Below, in pieces: positions 10,901 through 23,135 of a stretch of 35,810 nt of DNA. The notes below the pieces were generated by a model. The model saw only the letters and a list, made by a program, of their open reading frames with translations, had not been told where the DNA came from and ran no database searches. The DNA comes from Rhizaria sp. SCN 62-66 (lineage: Eukaryota), in contig MEDY01000315.1 of the NCBI GenBank assembly GCA_001724265.1, positions 1-35,810 on the forward strand. Direction: 5' to 3'. The position numbers were made by a program, and so were the translations under genes. How positions within the stretch are numbered: the first letter of the stretch is position 1; the number at the start of each line of letters is the position of its first letter.

Positions 10901-13900
10901 GAGCGAGAGCGACGCGCAAGCACTGTTGCTGCGGCCTGTCACCCGAGCCCGGCTTGCGCGTGCTTTTGCTGCGCGCGATGAGCGCGCACGTGCGCTGCAA
11001 CGCCGCGCCGCGGTCACCGCAATTGCTGCGTCTGTGCTTGCGAGCGAACAACAGAACGAGAGTGGGGACGCGCACTCAGCCACTGCTGGCGGAGATGAGC
11101 CTCTACCCGTGCCACTTATTGTAGCCGCCGCTGCTGCTACCGCCGCTGAGGGCGCTACCGCAGGCGCTGGCGCTGGTTTAGGTATGGTGACTGTTGACGG
11201 CGAGAGCGACCATGAGCTCGAGCGCGAGGCGCTGTCCGACTTTGAAGACAACCTTTCCGTCGACTTAGCCGCCGCCGTGCCCGCCGGTCCGGGCTACCTC
11301 TCATCCTCGGACTCCGGATCGGACCTGGAGCACGGTGCTGGCGCTATGCACGGCGGCCACGATGTAGAAACGGCCGAGAGTGAGCGACTGGCGGCGTATG
11401 TCGGCGGCGGCGACGCGGCCAGCTCGGCGTTCATGATGAGACTGCAGCGGCGACAGCGGCGCAGGCTGCGGCGCCACATGCGCTCTCGCGCTTCTGCAGC
11501 GGCAACAGCAACTGCAGCGACTGCAGCGACGAACACTGGCGGCGCGACACCGACTGTGAACGCCATTGCCGTGAGTCATTCAGAGGTTGAGACGGGGCGA
11601 GTATCGCCTGTTCGGGCGGGCGGTCACCGATACCAAGAGCCTACGGTCTCACTGAAAAGTCAAGCCGCGTCCGTGTTGCACTTGCCGCGCGCCGTTGCTG
11701 ACGTCACCGTCGCGCCGCTACCCGCTGGCTCCATTGCCATAGCGCCGCCGCCGGTGTTCAATGGCGGCCTAACTTCCGCGCATCACATCGCGCTGGGCCC
11801 CCGGCAGCCACCGGAGGGCTCTTGGGATCCGTCCGTGTTTGATGACGGCGCAGCGCCCGCGGTCTCAGTTTACGACGCGGCTGTGTTGTAGCAGCAGCTG
11901 CAAGAGCAACGGCAATTCATAACAACGGCAGACACCGCAGGCGGCGACTCTGTGCAGCAGCATCAGCAGCTCAGCGTTGAGATGTTTGACAGCGACGACG
12001 TGCGGAGCTGCGTGATTCAAAGGTGGCGCGCTGAGAGACAGGTCGAGAATGCAGCGCAGCGGCGCGGCGTGGTGCCCCCGCGCGCCGGCACTACTGTGAG
12101 CGCGGATGATGGCCTAACTTACGACGAAGACGTTGGCGTCGGCTTTGCTGTGTGGGGACCTGCCGCGGCATTACCACTTGCTTCACGTCCGACGCTGCTG
12201 GTGCAACCATGCGTAGAACTGCAGCGCGACATCAGCGCCTCTCGCAACAACTCGAGCAGCAGCACTGCGAACGAGAGCGCAAGCAGTGAAGCGGCGCCTA
12301 AGGCTGCGAATGCTGTGGGCTTAGTGATCCCGCCCCCGCCGCGGTCGCTTCGTCGCTCCGGTGCTGCTGCAGCCGCTGTTGGTACTTTAGCACGCATGAC
12401 TACAGTAGCCCTGGAGCGCGGTGGGCCCAACGCCTTGCTAGAGAGCTCTGACGTGTTCTACGATCCGCTCTGGCAGCAGCGCGCCGATCTTAAAGCCAGT
12501 AGCAGCAGCGCTGCAATGGCGGGCAATGCCGCGACTAGCGAGAATGCAGTACGCGTGTGCAGTGGCGTTGTCGTGGGTGCTGAGGCAGGCGGCACTGTAG
12601 TGCGCGGCGGCAACGTCGTCGAAGCCGTGCTCAACAACTTCGGCCCCCTCGAGCGGTCTAAGGGCCCACTTACACACGCACCTGCAGTGGATCCAACAGC
12701 GACGCGGTCACCATTAGTAGCTGTCACCCCGCAGGTCACCAGCCTGCCCCTCGGCGCGAGCGCGCGTGGCTCCGGTGGCAACAGCGGCACCAGCAGGCCA
12801 GGCAGCGCGCTCTCGGCCGCCGGCACGCCCCGCTCCGGCCCTCTGCGCAGTCCCGCGCGCAGCCGGCCCCAGAGCCGCGCGCACAGCCGTGCGCACAGCC
12901 GCGCCGCCAGCCGCGGCGGCTTCGCGCTTGACGGCGACCTCGACGGCGGCGACGACGGTGGCGGCGGCGGCGGCGACAGCGACGGCGAGGGCGCGGGCGG
13001 CGCTAGGGCCGCGGCGCAGACGGGGCCGCCGCCCGGCGCGCTCGTGGTGCCGCGCGCGGAGGCCGAACTGGCGGCTTACTTTAAGTCGCGCGATGCGGCG
13101 TTTCTGCCCGTTGCGGTGACGGCTCAGGCGCTGGCTGCGGCGCAAGCCAGTGCTGCCAGCAAGGCCGCTACCGCTGCTGCCGCTGTGGTTAGCAGTGCTA
13201 AACGGCCGGTGTCTGCGACTGTGCATAATGCGGCCAATGGAACGTCTGCGGATGGTTTACAGCAGCAGCGTCCGGCGACTGCGGGCCCGCGTCTCGTGCC
13301 GCGCGTCTCTTTCACTCAGGACGGGCAAACGCAGCAACATCCGCAACAGCAACAACAACAGCAATTGCAACTGTCCGGTTCGACGACTCTCCCGTCGTCG
13401 CTGGCATCAACTATGCAGGCCCGTGTTGGTCTGATCCCAACGCTCCAGCTCGCCGCACTTACCGCAGAGAACACTGATGCGGACGCTGCCGTTGCGACCG
13501 CCACTGCGCTTGCGCTAGCAGTGACCATCAACAGCAAACCCGCGGTTATGAAACAGCTGCCACGCGCAAAGCGTTTACTGCCCGCTGCTGTAGCGGCAAC
13601 CGCAGCCGAGTCTGAGCCCTCCGCATCCGCCGTTCCTCTATCATCGCCCTCTAAAGCACCGTCGACAACTGCTCGTGACAGTGAGAATGGTTCGAAGTCA
13701 ACGCCGGCAAAGGATCATGATGGCGCTACAGTCCGCGTTCTGGATCTAGGCGAAACTCAGGACAGTATAAGTACCACATTGGTACAGCATGGCGACGTGG
13801 GCACGGCCGACGTGCCGCACGACTCGATTCTGCTTCCCTCCGCGCTGGTGCCGCGCCTGCCCGTGGCCGCGGCCGCTACGACAGCGGCGACAGCCCGCGC

Positions 13901-16900
13901 GGCGCCGATGCCGCTGGCGACGGCACACCCGCCCCCGCGCTTTACGCTGACGCGCCGCGACGCGCACGTGCTCTTCTCCTCCGGACGCGTTGCCGCCGAG
14001 GTGAGTGCGGAGCAGGCCGCGCGGTGCTCGCTGACGCTGCAGGGCAACAGCGAGTACTACGCGCACGACGCGCTGGACCGCCGCCGCGCGCTGCGCAGTG
14101 ATCCCGCTGTGGTGGAGGCTGTGCGCGCGCTGTGGCGGGCTGTGCTGGCTACGCCCGCCGCCCGCGCTCGCGCCGCCGACGCCGCCACGGAGGCCGCCAC
14201 GGTGGCCAGCGGGCGCGCGCGGCGCGAGACGGTGCACATGCTCGACGGCGTCGTCGTTGTGCCAGCGCTGGGGCCCGGCGCGGAAGTTAAGCCGGGATGG
14301 CGGTCCACGCGCGCACTGGCCGTGCGCGAGCCGGGGAAGCCGCTCGCGGTACCCGTCCACGCGACCGACATCGCAGCGGGGCTCGCGGACCCGCCCACTG
14401 CGCGCGCGGTTGCGGCCGCCGCTGCGAAACGCGCTACTGTCACAGAGAGCGAAGGCGCAGGCGACGCTGAGAACGAGGAAGACGGCGTGGGGCCTGAGCT
14501 GTACGCGGAGCTTCTGCTGCTTGCTCATTTGCACTTGGAGCCCGGGACGCCGACTGCGGTGGCGCGGCAACGCGTGTTGGAAGACCTCATGGTTGACTTT
14601 ACCGATCTTGACTACCTCCAGCGGTACTACAGCAGCACTCGCAACAGCAGCGCTGCCGTTGATGCTGAGAGCGCAAAGTGTGGTTCCGAGGGTAATGGCA
14701 CCAATGCGCCCGCCGAAAGCGCGGCAGCCACGGCTGCGCCGGTAGCGCCAGTGCGACTGAGTGCGAGTGAAGTGCTTTACCGCCGCCGGCTTGCCGAGAT
14801 CCACGCCTCTGGCGCTGCCACGTCCGCCGCGGCAGCGAGCGTGCTCTCTGCGCGGCGCCGCGCCGACACAGACGCGCACAGTGTCGCAGAGGCGGAGGGG
14901 CTGTTCCAGCACTTGGCGTCGCGCGAGGCCGTGCCCGGGCTGCTGCTCCTGCCCGCTGCCGCGGCCGCAGGCACTGCGCCCGCGATTGCGCTGAGAGGCG
15001 CCGCGCCTCCGCAAAAAGGCGACAAGGCCACACAGCTGCCGCAGCAACAGCAGCAGCAGCAGCAGCAGCAAGGTCTGGCGCCCGTCGCAGAGTTGGATCA
15101 CGAAGAGTCAGAGCGCGATGGCGTCCTAACGGCTCCAGCAACCGTTTCAGACTCGGCAGCGTTGACTGTCGCTGCGTCGTCGCCGACCGGCACCGAGATC
15201 GCTGTGACTTTGGGCTCGAGCTCCGTACTGCAGCCGCGCGCAGTGCAGGGCCCGCAGACGTATTTTGCGCACGCGCGCGTGCCCCCTCGGCCCATCGTTG
15301 CAGCTCCGCGGCTGCGACGGCTTAACTTCCCCGCCTTCTTCGACGCACTATTCCAGCTCGCGGACAACTGGACGGACTCGCTCGCCGCGGCCGACTACAC
15401 CGCGTTCCTTGTCGACCTTACTGCGGCCGTGACGATGCCGCCGCCGGCGCTAGGTCCGCAGTCTGCGCGCCCGCCGCGCGTGCTGCGCCGCGTGACGGTG
15501 AGCGCCGTGCGTGAGTTCCGCGCGCGCCGCAGCCAGGGCGGGCCTGTCGCCGCCACCGCGGACCGGCCCTCGCACATGTTCTCCGCGCGCTCCTCCACGG
15601 GCCGCGACTCGGCCACGGACCGCGGTTCCGCGCGCCGGGGGCCGCCGGGCTGGTCACCGCCGCCCTTCTCCTCCGCCTCCGCGTCCAGCGCGCACGGCTG
15701 GGATGTGCTCTCATCTTACCGCTCTCTGACGTCGCAGGCTAACGCTGCGCTGTCGCAGCCGCAGTCCGGGGATCTGACTGGCGGTGCCGGCAGCGGCGCG
15801 CGTGGCACGGGCGCATACGAGCCGCGGTACCCGCGCGGCGGCGGTCTGCTCGCGGCTGCGGAGCAGCTCGCGCTGCCGATCTTCGCGCTGGGTAGCGGCG
15901 CGGGCGGCGCGCGCATCAGGGCCGCGCTGCGGGCCGAGGCGCGCCGCGTCATCGCCGACTGGTGGGGGATCAACAGCAGCGACGCGAATCATGACAAGAG
16001 CAAGGGCCAGGAGGAGGAGCAGAAGTATCTACGATGGGTGCGCTCGCGTACTCTCGAGGGCGCTGCGCTGCGTGGCATCAAAGACGCGCGCGTGCGGTCT
16101 GGGCTGGACCGCGATGCGCGTGCGACCTATGTTCCAGACGTGGCCGACTCAGACTCGTCCTATGTTATCAACGCAGATGGCGTGCTCACTATGGCGGGCG
16201 GTGGCGATGGGCACCACTTAGAGGCACAGCCGGGCTACTTAGATGTCGGAGATCGCGGCGACGTGCATTTAGCGCTGTTGCGTGAATATCACCCGGGTTT
16301 CTACAAAGCGCTTGCCTACTCATCCGCGTCGCAGTCTTCCGAAGCCTCGCAGTCTAAGTATCCCTCACCCCCGTCACATCCCTCATCGGCTGACACCGTT
16401 GTCGGCTGCCGCCACTGGCCCGACCCCACTCCAGGCGCGCCCGTGCCCTGTGCGCTGCTCTCCGCTCCACGCGCCGCCGGTCTCGCGCCGCCCTCAGCCG
16501 CGGGATCTCCTCCTGATGGCTCTGTGTCAACCCCGCCGGAGAACGGCAGTGCGGTGAGCGGCGTGCATGGCAGTCTAGGCGAACCCCGGCACGCGTCGGT
16601 GTTCTCTAAGTCAGGCCGCTTCACGCGCCGTCTCCTCTCAACGGGCGCCACTGCGTCTGCCGTCGGCGCTCTTAACGGCGGCGACGGCAGCGACAGCGTG
16701 TCGGCCGGCGGCGAAGGCACTGCGGCGGCGCACGAGCAGCGACAGCGGGCTGCGGCGCGCGCATTTGTTCGCGCTGCGCATGGCGTCACTACGGCGTCGA
16801 GTACTGTGTTCCGCAATATGGCGCACGCGCCGTTGCATCAGCTGCCTCAGGCGCTGCGGGTCGTCGCTGCTGCGGTTGCAGCTGACGCTCAGGTAGCGTT

Positions 16901-19900
16901 TGATGTGGAGGCCAGCGAAGCTGCTGCAGATGCAGATGCTATCGGGCTCGCTGTGACCGCAGTTACGGTGAGTAACGCGCGTCCGCAGTCGGTGAGTATT
17001 GCCAGCACGCTGGCCGCGACTGCCCGGTCTACTGCGCTTACAGTATCGGACGCAGCTGCAGCACGCAGCCTCGCCGCTATGGCCATCCGCGAGAAGCGGG
17101 TGTTAGAACAACAGCAACAGTCTCTACGTTATCGCAAGTACTTCCGGGCGGACGCTGACTACAGCTCCGATGACTACAATGGCGACCCCGCGATTGGCGG
17201 TGACGATGAATGTAACAACGCAAACACATTTGAAGTGGCTGGAACGGTAAACACCCGCGTGACCGCGACTGGCGCTGCTTATCTGGAGCCTGACACCGGG
17301 CGCAACGGCACATTCTGCAGCAGCCCTGGCGCTATCGTTGGCCTTCCTGGTCGCGTGCGCCCCCACACAGCATCTGGGCTCCGCGCCGCTCGTACTACCG
17401 CTGACGCAGCCACAGACGCAGCCACTGCCGCAAACGCGACGGCAACGGCGGCGCGTACCGCTGTGCCTGCGGCTGCGCGGTGGCGTCCGTCGACGGCGGC
17501 GGCGACGCGCGCTGTGCAGCGGGTTGGCGACGCCGCGTCCAATGCGGCCTTCGAAGCCACATCGACGGCCTTGGCTGCGCGCGATACCGCCGGCATGTTC
17601 ACGCCTGCTGACGGTGCCGCAGCGGCGGAGAAACGGCCGGTGGGTTCGGCGACGGTGAGTACGGTGACGGTGACTGTGCCGCAGCGGCCGGACTCCGCCA
17701 CGTCGCCCTACGCCAGACACCTGGCCGAGGCCGCGACCGCGTCAATCTCCCAGCTGCAGCAGCATCAGCAGCAACAGCAAGCGGCTGCACAAATGAGTGC
17801 TCATGATGATGCGAAACAAAGTCAAGCCGCGCCTGTCGAGCCGATTGTGCGCCGCACCCGCCGTCCTGCCACGGCACACGCACCCCTTGCCGTTGCGTCG
17901 TCGATCAACGCGTCTGCTGCACCGGCTGTGGCGAGTATGGCAGTGTCCGGCGGTCGTTTGTGTCTTCAGTTACCGTCGACCACCGCAGCTGGCGCTGTCG
18001 ACGCAGTGCTCACCATCGAGCCGCCCGCCCCCGTCCACGCCCCCGCCTCCACTAGAGTAACAAGCGGCACAGCGAACGCACATCCGCGACCCGCGACTGC
18101 GGGCGTGCGTCGGGCCACTGCGGCGGCGACTGCAGCGGCGACTGCTGCTGCAGTGTCTGGCGTCGGCGCAGGACGCGCGCTGGCTGGCGGTGGTGGCGCG
18201 CTTGTCACCGCAGCGCTCCCTGTCGGCACTGCTCTGCTTGGTGCAGTGCAGGCACATGGAGTCGGACTTGGCATGGGTCAAGAGCCGAGGGCGTTCCAAC
18301 AGTCACAGCGGCAGCAGCCTCCGCAGCAGCAGAGGCGCGCGCTGAACGCGTTTAACGAAGGGCTGCTGTACGCGCACCGCGGCTTGACATCGAAGCAAAT
18401 AGAGCTGTTGCAGGGCCAAGTCGCGCAAATCTACCGTACGAACAGCAAAATTGTTAGCACTGACGCAGTTGGTAGCACAGAGCAAGAGATCGTCGATACA
18501 GTATCTGCCCACACAACTGCTGCTGAAGATGCAGATGTGGACGCGGACGACTGTGACCAGGCCAGCTGTGCTAGCGGTGCCGCTCCGCCCCACAGCCCGC
18601 AGCGCCCGCGCCGGCTTGAGCATTGGACGCTGCCCGGCTCGCTGGCGCGCGAACTGGCCCACGAGAGCGACCCCGCGTTCTCTCCCGCAGCGCGCGCCAA
18701 AGCCAACACGCTCCGCGCGCAACATCTCGAGCCTCACTTGCCAGCCGCTGACAGCAACTCGAGCCACGGGCCCGTTAGTGGGACGGCTAGTCCCGCTGGG
18801 AAGAGGCTGCGGCCCGCAACTGCGCACGCCGCACTTAGCTCCAGCTCTCGCGCGACTGTTATTACCGCCGCAGATAGTTTGGAGCCTGTCGAGCCCAGTA
18901 AGGCTGTGTTCTCGCGCACGTCCCAGTCACCGGCGCCGTCTGTCGCGTTGGCTGTTGCGGCTGCAACCGCCGCCGCCGCTGCGCTGGCGATCACGCGCAC
19001 CGGCAGCAGCGAGGGCGGCGGAGGGCGCACACAGCCGCTGTCGGGCGCGTCGCTGTCAGCGACCGCGCTCGCGGGACTGCCGCGCGCCACGGCGGCGCTG
19101 CTGCTCGCGGCGAAACGCGAGGAACGGGCCCTGCTGACGGCAGTCTCGGGCACGTACGCTCCTGTGAACAGCACTGCAGGCAGCACGGGTGGAGCTGGTA
19201 CTGTGACACAGAAGCAGCAGAGGCCGCACACTGCTCTGCCTCGAACTGACCCGCCGTCTGCCAATGCTACCGCCACTGGGCCTGAAAATTCAACGGTTAG
19301 CGAGGCAAGTGAGAGAGGCTCGGTTGCTGCTGCGACCACTGTAGCGCGTTATGAAAGCTGTGGTAGCAATAGTGACAGCTACGGTCGCGGTGGCGCTCCT
19401 AGTCCCACGAACAGTAACAGCTACAGCAGCAGTGCGTCTGCAGTGCCAGTTCACGCTGCACTCTTGGGAGCAAACGCGATTGATGAGCACGAGCACAGGG
19501 TTTTCCGCACCCGCGCGCGCACCGCCGAGCGCACCGCGCTGCGCGGGCTGCAGTTATCTGCGTCTCTCGCAATCGCTGTAACGACCGCAACGGCAGCGAA
19601 GGACGCATCCGCAGTCTCCGCAAACGACGCCGCTGCTGCGACCGCGGCGGCGACAGAGGCCGCGTGGGCTGCCGTGGCCGCGAGCGACGGGAGTAACCGC
19701 CCGCTGTCCGCGCCTGTCGCGGCCCACAAGCGCGCTCCGGGCGCAGCCTTTGCTCCCGGCCTGTCGGCGGCGGGCGGCGGGTGGAGCGGCGCGCTGGGCA
19801 GGGGCACCGAAGTTCCTATTCAAACGGGCGCAGCCGAAGCTGTGGCTACGCGCACGCTGGCTCGAGGCAGCGCTGGCGTGGGAGCAATGTCCGGCGCGGC

Positions 19901-19973
19901 TCGGGTGCAAGCGCTACATTCGGCGGGCGCAAAGGCACGGCTCGCGCGCATGCTTAAGGGCGTGGAGCAGTGA
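7941..19973 (+). CDS. Giant Ala/Ser-rich protein (~4,010 codons) interrupted by one in-frame TAG at 11889-11891; RPx[S/T]A motifs and a split helical module
   Basis: ORFs 7935-11891 and 11952-19973 share a frame and are separated only by TAG plus 20 sense codons (QQLQEQRQFITTADTAGGDS), with no AT-rich spacer. Ends in TGA followed by an AT-rich 3' region. Start uncertain (ATG 7941, or an upstream exon spliced to the AG at 7882-7883). Confidence 0.7.
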
Positions 19974-20358
19974 GTACATATCATTATCATTGATGAAAAA
20001 TTTAAACTAACATTGTATATTTAGCATATCTTTGCGTCATGAATTGCAGTATCTATTTAGTTCTTAATCACACTACCACTGAATAAAGCCTCATTTATTT
20101 CGAAAACAGTTTGTGGTGAGAACGGCTTGTTTTAAGTGGAAGTGTTCATTGGTCTTGAGTTCGCAGTTCATTTGTAATTACACTAAGCCAACTTTGAAGC
20201 ATCGTTATCAGTGATTATTTTAAATGTATCTCGTATTTTTAATTGTCTTGTAGTTTCTTGTTTTATAACACTTCTATTGATATTTGTTTCAAGTCAATAT
20301 ATCTCTCATAAAGTATGACGCTTCCTTCACGCCTGATTGAGTTCTGTTACCCACACAG

Positions 20359-23135
20359 ATGACACGCAAGCTACTGCTCTTTGGAGCAGTCCTTGCAATG
20401 CTTCTTGCACTAGCCTTTGCGGCTACAGCAAGTCCACCAGATATTATCCCTGGAGCCCTGTGCCAGCCGTCTATGTCTACGGCGCTGATCGTAACGCCCC
20501 ACTCCGCAGCTGTATCGACCTCTGATTCAGAAGCAGCTGCAGACGCCGCCACGGCCGCCTCTGACAACGCAAACATAGCGCGTGATAGCAAAGCCATTGG
20601 AGAAGATGATGACAATGAAGCCCTTGTTGACGCACTTCTTGCCGACGAGGACAACGAGCTCCGCGACAACAGTAACAGCGACAATGCTGTGACCGAGACC
20701 GAGGCTGAGACCGAAGCCGAGACTGAGTCTGAGCCTAGCATTGATAACACCAACAACAATGTTGACAACATTAATGTTGAAGCTGACATCGACGAGACTG
20801 AGACTGAGGCCGACGACTTCCCCGATCGCCCCCGTCGCCACATCAACACGATGCGCGACCGTGAGCGCGACCTCGACGGCCACGATCACGAACGCGAGCA
20901 CGGCCACGGGCACGGCCGCGGACGCGGACTGGCGCACATGCCGCGCTCCGACTGGGCGCGCGACCGCGAGCGCCGCGACCGCAGCGGCCTATTTGACCAC
21001 GAGCTCGACAACGAGGCCCGCGAGGCGCGCATGCACGGTCCACCATTCCGCCGCCGCCACGGCGACGAGTCGGACCATAACTTGCACATGGAGCTTGAGG
21101 CCGCAATGAACGGTCCTTACGGTCACCTTGGTGCGGGACGCGGCAGCGGCTACGGCCGATTCAACGGCGGCGCTGACGCATACGGTCGCCCGCAGCCAGG
21201 GTTTGGCTTAGGCTCTCCCCGCGGACCCCACGGTCACGGCCCCCACGGTCCCTCTGACGGTGCTTTCGGCCGCCCGAGCGCCGCGCATGGCCACCCGTAC
21301 GGCGTAGACATGATGATGAACCCGCGTGGCGGCGACCCTGCGATGAGCGAGCGTTACATGAGCAGCATGCCGCCCAACATCGGCGGCAGCGGCTACATGC
21401 CAGGCCCCGGCGGAAACGACATGATGTATGGCGGCAACCCAAACGGCTACAATGACGGGTATGGCGGCCCTGGCATGGGTGCGGGCCCTATGATGCACAA
21501 CGGTGACTCCTCGATGATGCCGCCATCAAGGCCCTCGCCACGCCACGTGCACATGCGTGGCTTCTCGGGCCTCCCGCGCGACGAAGTGCTGCTCAATAAC
21601 ATTCAGGCGGCGCTCAACCGCGCGCGCAGGGCGCCTGAAACAGTAACGGAGGCTGGGGATGAGGAGACGGCGCTGTCGATGAGCGACGAAGACGCTGGAC
21701 GCGGACGCAGCTTCAGCACACTTGGCTCCAATAGTGACGGTAGGTTTTAGAAGATATGTCGCGAAAATGACAGTTTCGTGAAACAATATTTGTTTTCCAA
21801 TCTTTAATTCTATATTTTTATTTTAATACTATATTTTCACATTGAGTTTACATGTTTCTCTGCATTAAAATTTTGATAATATTTTTTTTAGACGATCTTC
21901 CAAGGATTGAGTCAACTCGTCGCCGTTTCCGTCATCGCCTTCACCACGCTCACGACCACCATGAGCGCGATGACGATGACAACGACACAGACATTCCGAT
22001 TAAGGAGCGGTGTGAGGCCCTTGCGACCGCGATCACGAAGATGGACGGCGCGACTCTGCGCAAGCTCATGGACAAGCACGTGCACCTGAGCTACGCCAAT
22101 TTCGAGCTCCCCACCGGGGGCCACTGGGTTGGTGACCGCGGTCTCAAGGCCTATGCCGAGCGCTACCGCAACACGGTTAAGGACGTCACGAACAAGATCC
22201 GTGTTGTGACTGCCGACGCCGGTTTCCAGCGCTGTGTGCTCAAGTATAACGTCACGGGCACGTTTATTCGCTCCGGAAGCAAGTTCCGCGACGTGACTCT
22301 GTACAACACCGTCGACTGGTCGCTGGGCCGCGTGACGCGCATGCGCCTTATCGACGGCGGCAACTACGACGCGATGATGCAGGCGTACCGCACGCGTTCC
22401 GAGGCCAACACTGTGAAGCTGTTCCGTGCTGTGTACACACACGGCCCTGGCGCTAAGCTGGACGAGCTGGTCTCTGACAAGGCCCTCGTGCTACTGGGCC
22501 GCCGCGGCTACACGTTTAACGGCACCACCGCTGTGAGCAAGGCGCTGACCGCGATCAAGAAGTTCGCCGGCGAGTTCGGGCTCTCACGCGAGTCGCTGCT
22601 GCTACCACTGAACGCGCGCAAGTCGAAGCAGTGCGAGTTCATGTTCGCAGACGAGCACAACCACGGCGGGGAGTGCCGCGTGTACAATCTCAAGTCGCGC
22701 ACGACGTCGTTTAAACACGTTGACTTTGTCTACCGCATCCGCTTTGACGACAACGGCAAGTTGGACCGGCTCTTCATTGTCGAGTCGCGTGCGTTCTTAC
22801 CGGGCGAGCTCGTGCGCGAAATCAAGACCAGCGCAGGTGACCATACGCACATAAGTGCGGGTGATTATACCGACCTGAGTGCGCCGAGTGGTGCAGGTGG
22901 GCGTGCGAGTGGGGGTGGGGCTGCCATCACAGCAACTATGACTGGAGTTACAGGCACTACTAGTGCGAATGCTGCTGCTGCGCCAACAGACACAAACATC
23001 CACACTGCACCGAGTCGTTCAAGGATTAATGAAGACGATAACGACATTGCAGACCTGATTGATCTCGATGATGACGATGATGATGACGGTGAGGACAGGA
23101 TTGACCGCGAGAGTGACAGTGCGCACGACGATTAG
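20359..23135 (+). CDS. Secreted protein: signal peptide, acidic, His/Arg-rich and Gly/Met/Pro-rich regions, then probably two NTF2/SnoaL-like domains (874 aa; 911 aa to TAA 23244-23246 if TAG is read)
   Basis: Signal peptide MTRKLLLFGAVLAMLLALAFAATA. Intron 21740-21891 (G|GTAGGT..TTTTTTTTAG|AC) joins the two ORFs in frame. Exon 2 has SnoaL-like patterns (D...LRKLMDKHV, WVGDRGLKAY, YNVTGTF, IRFDDNGKLDRL); the fold call is by eye. Confidence 0.75.

Noticed and set aside
13746-15101. 451-aa minus-strand ORF and the many other nested or antisense ORFs in GC-rich exons (e.g. 28572-29705, 24590-25270)
   Set aside because: Arg/Ala/Leu-rich off-frame translations with no motifs, as expected in high-GC coding DNA.
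21748-21750. TAG ending ORF 20359-21750
   Set aside because: It lies inside intron 21740-21891, so it says nothing about stop-codon usage.
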